Part shown: piece after piece, positions 37,090 to 39,852 of the stretch
Layout: every line of letters begins with the position of its first letter
Position numbering within the stretch: position 1 is the stretch's first letter
Source: a virus
Lineage: Duplodnaviria; Caudoviricetes
IMG/VR virus record: IMGVR_UViG_3300032212_000684
Coordinates: 1-39,852 of that record
DNA: 39,852 nucleotides
Reading direction: 5' to 3' (one strand)
Made by a program: the position numbers and the translations under genes
Notes under the pieces: model-generated
What the model saw: only the letters and a program-made list of their open reading frames with translations
Told to the model about the DNA's origin: nothing
Databases searched by the model: none

Positions 37090-37117
37090 AGTATAAGACA
37101 TCGACCATATTGTTCAA
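37090..37117 (-). promoter_or_regulatory. Sigma70-type promoter for the convergent small RNA
   Basis: TTGAAC (37117-12), 16 bp, TATACT (37095-90). Confidence 0.65.
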
Positions 37118-37123
37118 GTTTTG

Positions 37124-37246
37124 AATAAAAAGAAAGCGACCCACACCAATGCACCAACACCAGTGCGAGTCACTAACCCACGATAATACAGATCGTGAGC
37201 CAGCCAAGGCTTCCCCACCGTGCACACGGCAGGCTAAGCCTAGCAT
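37124..37246 (-). ncRNA. Candidate antisense small RNA in the methylase leader, ending in an intrinsic terminator
   Basis: Three G-U-rich hairpins that pair well only on the minus strand. The last is followed by TTTCTTTTT. Extended -10 TGCTAGGCT at the 5' end. Confidence 0.55.
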
Positions 37247-37278
37247 TTTATTGATTTATGTAATAGTAAGAGGCTCAA

Positions 37279-38043
37279 ATGACAACACCAATAATACCGT
37301 GGATTGGGGGAAAACGACGATTAGCTAAGCAATTGCTACCAATGTTCCCGGATCACCAATGCTACGTAGAGCTGTTTTGTGGGGCTGCAGCAATGTTTTT
37401 CATGAAAGATCCTGCGAAAACTGAAATCGTCAACGATGTTAATGGCGATATCGTTAATCTTTATCGTGTCATCAAATACCATTTAGAGGAGTTTTACAAA
37501 GAGTTTAAACGCTCTTTAATCAGCCGTGAAATGTACCAGTGGGCCAAAATAACACCACCCGAAACTCTGACTGATATCCAAAAAGCTGCTCGCTTTTATT
37601 ATCTACAGAAGCTAGCTTTTGGTGGAAAAGTGGAAGGTCGGTCATTTGGTACCGCTCCCAGCAGCCCACCCAGGCTGAATTTACTCCGAATGGAAGAAGA
37701 TATCAGCGAAGCACATTTACGTTTAAGCCGAGCTTATATCGAACGTCTGGATTGGCAGAAATGCCTCACTAAATACGATCGCGAATATACGTTATTCTAC
37801 GCGGACCCACCATACTGGCAAACCGAAGGCTACGGTGTTGAATTTGAGCTGGAGCAATACCAAGCGCTGGCCAAACATGCCGATACAATGAAAGGCAAAA
37901 TTATTATTTCCCTAAATGACCACCCTGAAATGCGCCAAATATTCAGCAAATTAAATATTCAAACTACAAGCCTGAAGTACACAGTAGGTGGCTCAAAAAG
38001 TAACGCAAAAACTGCCAAAGAATTAATAATAAGGAATTGGTAG
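37279..38043 (+). CDS. DNA adenine methyltransferase (Dam/D12 class), in the mom-equivalent terminal position
   Basis: PWIGGKRRLA, YVELFCGAAA, NDVNGD.VN and FYADPPY motifs. Confidence 0.93.
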   Translation: MTTPIIPWIGGKRRLAKQLLPMFPDHQCYVELFCGAAAMFFMKDPAKTEIVNDVNGDIVNLYRVIKYHLEEFYKEFKRSLISREMYQWAKITPPETLTDIQKAARFYYLQKLAFGGKVEGRSFGTAPSSPPRLNLLRMEEDISEAHLRLSRAYIERLDWQKCLTKYDREYTLFYADPPYWQTEGYGVEFELEQYQALAKHADTMKGKIIISLNDHPEMRQIFSKLNIQTTSLKYTVGGSKSNAKTAKELIIRNW

Positions 38044-38084
38044 ATGGGTAGATATGAGGGCGTTGATTAGTAATTAGGGTAATT

Positions 38085-38291
38085 TATTCTCAAATAGTGG
38101 TAGTTTTTACCTAATTAATTACCACTATTTATACCTATTTTTGCCGGTAATTATGTAATTAATTGGAAATTTTGTCGCAAAATGATCGTTAATTCAAAAA
38201 TCCCGAAAATTACCGTAAGTCTATGATAATTCAATTTATTCGACGAAAAATTATATATTACTATTTATCTTAAAATGATCATCACCCCACA
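38085..38291. mobile_element. Probable right end of the prophage with transposase-binding-like repeats
   Basis: AT-rich. AAAATGATC repeated at about 38179 and 38272. 14-bp imperfect inverted repeat 38092-105/38117-130. Terminal ...CCCCACA (TG on the minus strand). Confidence 0.65.
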
Positions 38292-38349
38292 AAGAAGGTA
38301 TAGATTCGCATATAATGCCTGTAGTTAAAGATATTTTACCGGGGGATTT

Positions 38350-39549
38350 ATGCGTATCGGAACACCACTTTCATCAAGTGCATTGCGTGTTATGTTGCTT
38401 GGCTCTGGTGAGCTAGGCAAAGAAGTTATCATCTCTCTCCAGCGATACGGTGTTGAAGTCATTGCTGTTGATCGGTATGAAAATGCACCCGGCCATCAAG
38501 TTGCGCATAAAGCAATTGTTATCGACATGACCGACGCTAGCGCATTAAAAGAGCTGGTTGTACGCGAGCAACCGCATATTATTGTGCCTGAAATTGAAGC
38601 CATCGCCACTGAGGCGCTGGCTGAAATTGAAGCGCAAGGTTTGGCGCAAGTTATTCCAAAAGCACGCGCTACGCAACTAACCATGAACCGCGAAGGTATA
38701 CGCCGATTAGCCGCCGAAGAACTGAGCCTGCCCACTTCGCAATATGCGTTTGCAGAAAGTCTAGAGCAATTGCAATCAGCGATTGACGGTGGAATTAATT
38801 ATCCCTGTATTGTAAAGCCTGTCATGTCTTCCTCCGGTAAAGGACAATCCTTAATTGAGACACCTGATGAAGTGGAAGCTGCTTGGCAGGCGGCCATGCA
38901 AGGTGGTCGTGTGAATCAGGGGAAAGTGATTGTCGAGAGTAAAATTGAATTCGATTTTGAAATTACTTTATTAACCGTTCGGTCGCAGAATGTAGACGGT
39001 AGTAGTCAAACGTCATTTTGTGAACCTATCGGGCATATTCAGAAATCAGGTGACTACGTCGAAAGTTGGCAGCCGCAAATAATGTCTGAACTGGCGTTAA
39101 AAAAATCACAAGACATTGCAAAAAAAATTACGGATGACTTAGGTGGTCGTGGAATATTTGGCGTAGAACTTTTTATCAAAGGTGATGATGTCTGGTTTAG
39201 TGAGGTGAGTCCTCGCCCACATGATACGGGCATGGTCACCATGGTGAGCCAATATCAAAACGAATTTGAATTACATGCGCGGGCTATTCTTGGTTTACCT
39301 GTTTCAACTGAGATGATCAAACCTGGTGCAAGCGCCGTTATATATGGTGGTATGAATGAAAAAGCGATTAGTTATGATGGGCTGGAACAAGCTTTAACTA
39401 TTCCGCAAACCGAAGTGCGTTTATTTGGTAAGCCGGAAGCGTTTGCTAAGCGTAGAATGGGAGTTGCATTAGCATTCAGTGATACACTGGAGGTGGCGAG
39501 AAAAAATGCTAAAGTAGCTGCAAGTGAGATTGTTACTATTAAAGAATAA
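38350..39549 (+). CDS. purT: Formate-dependent phosphoribosylglycinamide formyltransferase
   Basis: [50 protein letters not shown] and RRMGVALA motifs. Confidence 0.98.
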   Translation: MRIGTPLSSSALRVMLLGSGELGKEVIISLQRYGVEVIAVDRYENAPGHQVAHKAIVIDMTDASALKELVVREQPHIIVPEIEAIATEALAEIEAQGLAQVIPKARATQLTMNREGIRRLAAEELSLPTSQYAFAESLEQLQSAIDGGINYPCIVKPVMSSSGKGQSLIETPDEVEAAWQAAMQGGRVNQGKVIVESKIEFDFEITLLTVRSQNVDGSSQTSFCEPIGHIQKSGDYVESWQPQIMSELALKKSQDIAKKITDDLGGRGIFGVELFIKGDDVWFSEVSPRPHDTGMVTMVSQYQNEFELHARAILGLPVSTEMIKPGASAVIYGGMNEKAISYDGLEQALTIPQTEVRLFGKPEAFAKRRMGVALAFSDTLEVARKNAKVAASEIVTIKE

Positions 39550-39597
39550 AAGTGCGTAGTAAAAAAGAAAATCTAATTGAAAAGCAGGGAAAGAATG

Positions 39598-39720
39598 GGG
39601 AGGACCTGAAATAGACTATCTGCAGTAAGCACTTGATGCCCAAAATCCCGTAAGGGACTCTGTTCCCCTCCCTTTATCCGCGTTTTCGCGAACGGCATTT
39701 CAAGTGTTTGAGGTCCTCCC
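39598..39720 (+). other. Highly structured intergenic element (nested stems, GNRA loop)
   Basis: 10-bp perfect outer stem 39598-607/39711-720. Inner stems 39627-36/39700-09 and 39637-40/39694-97. Hairpins TCCC-GTAA-GGGA and CGCG-TTTT-CGCG. Confidence 0.6.
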
Positions 39721-39738
39721 GAAAACCTTTTCTACTGC

Positions 39739-39852
39739 TTATCTAAAACCGTCTTCACTCGCATAGATTTTATAAGTTACGTAGGTACCGAGAATTGTAG
39801 CAACGATTGAAACCAATACGATAGCCGCTGTTAATGAATCAGTGTAACTCAT
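39739..39852 (-). CDS. Small single-TM peptide (37 aa, MSYTDSLTAAIVLVSIVATILGTYVTYKIYASEDGFR)
   Basis: Open frame from the last base of the window. Hydrophobic helix. The upstream RBS is not visible. Confidence 0.5.
   Translation of the reverse strand: MSYTDSLTAAIVLVSIVATILGTYVTYKIYASEDGFR

Larger units (their letters stand above)
1..38291. mobile_element. Mu-like transposable prophage, siphovirus-type tail; left end outside the window
   Basis: DDE transposase plus MuB-type ATPase, Ner, Gam, GemA, Mor, DUF935 portal, MuF, gpI-like protease, gp36-like and gpG-like neck genes. Ends at ...CCCCACA (38291) before host purT. Confidence 0.95.

Noticed and set aside
37055-37246. 63-aa minus-strand ORF as MuF immunity protein or Com
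   Set aside because: No SD and no Com-type CxxC zinc motif. It runs through a terminator and a promoter, so it is better explained as a by-product of the RNA elements.
37279-38043. Restriction-modification system
   Set aside because: No adjacent endonuclease gene. An orphan methylase at the genome end is usual for Mu-like phages.

Overview
Bases 1 to about 38291 are a nearly complete Mu-like transposable prophage with a non-contractile tail (tail tube and tape measure present, no sheath). The left end lies outside the window. The probable right end (...CCCCACA) is at 38291, just upstream of the host gene purT. The layout is unusual. A central switch (repressor on -, Ner on +) drives an early operon (DUF3102-like protein, MuA, MuB, Gam, GemA, Mor). 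The late genes are split into two outward-facing arms: protease, capsid, neck and tail to the left, and lysis, terminase, portal, MuF and a DNA adenine methylase to the right. Both arms open with the same regulatory cassette (TTGACA - 45 bp - identical 22-bp dyad - 35 bp - ATG). Cargo includes a SIR2-like protein and a lipoprotein behind the repressor, and an Acb2-family anti-CBASS protein in the packaging arm. The best candidates for undescribed biology are three. First, a MuF protein with a C-terminal nuclease-like extension is followed not by an immunity ORF but by a convergent, promoter-equipped, tRNA-shaped RNA of about 105 nt. Second, another antisense structured RNA lies in front of the methylase. 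Third, a 24-bp palindrome inside the DUF3102-like gene is echoed by a near-identical palindrome near the prophage midpoint. All protein family calls are by motif recognition and synteny, and no database searches were run.
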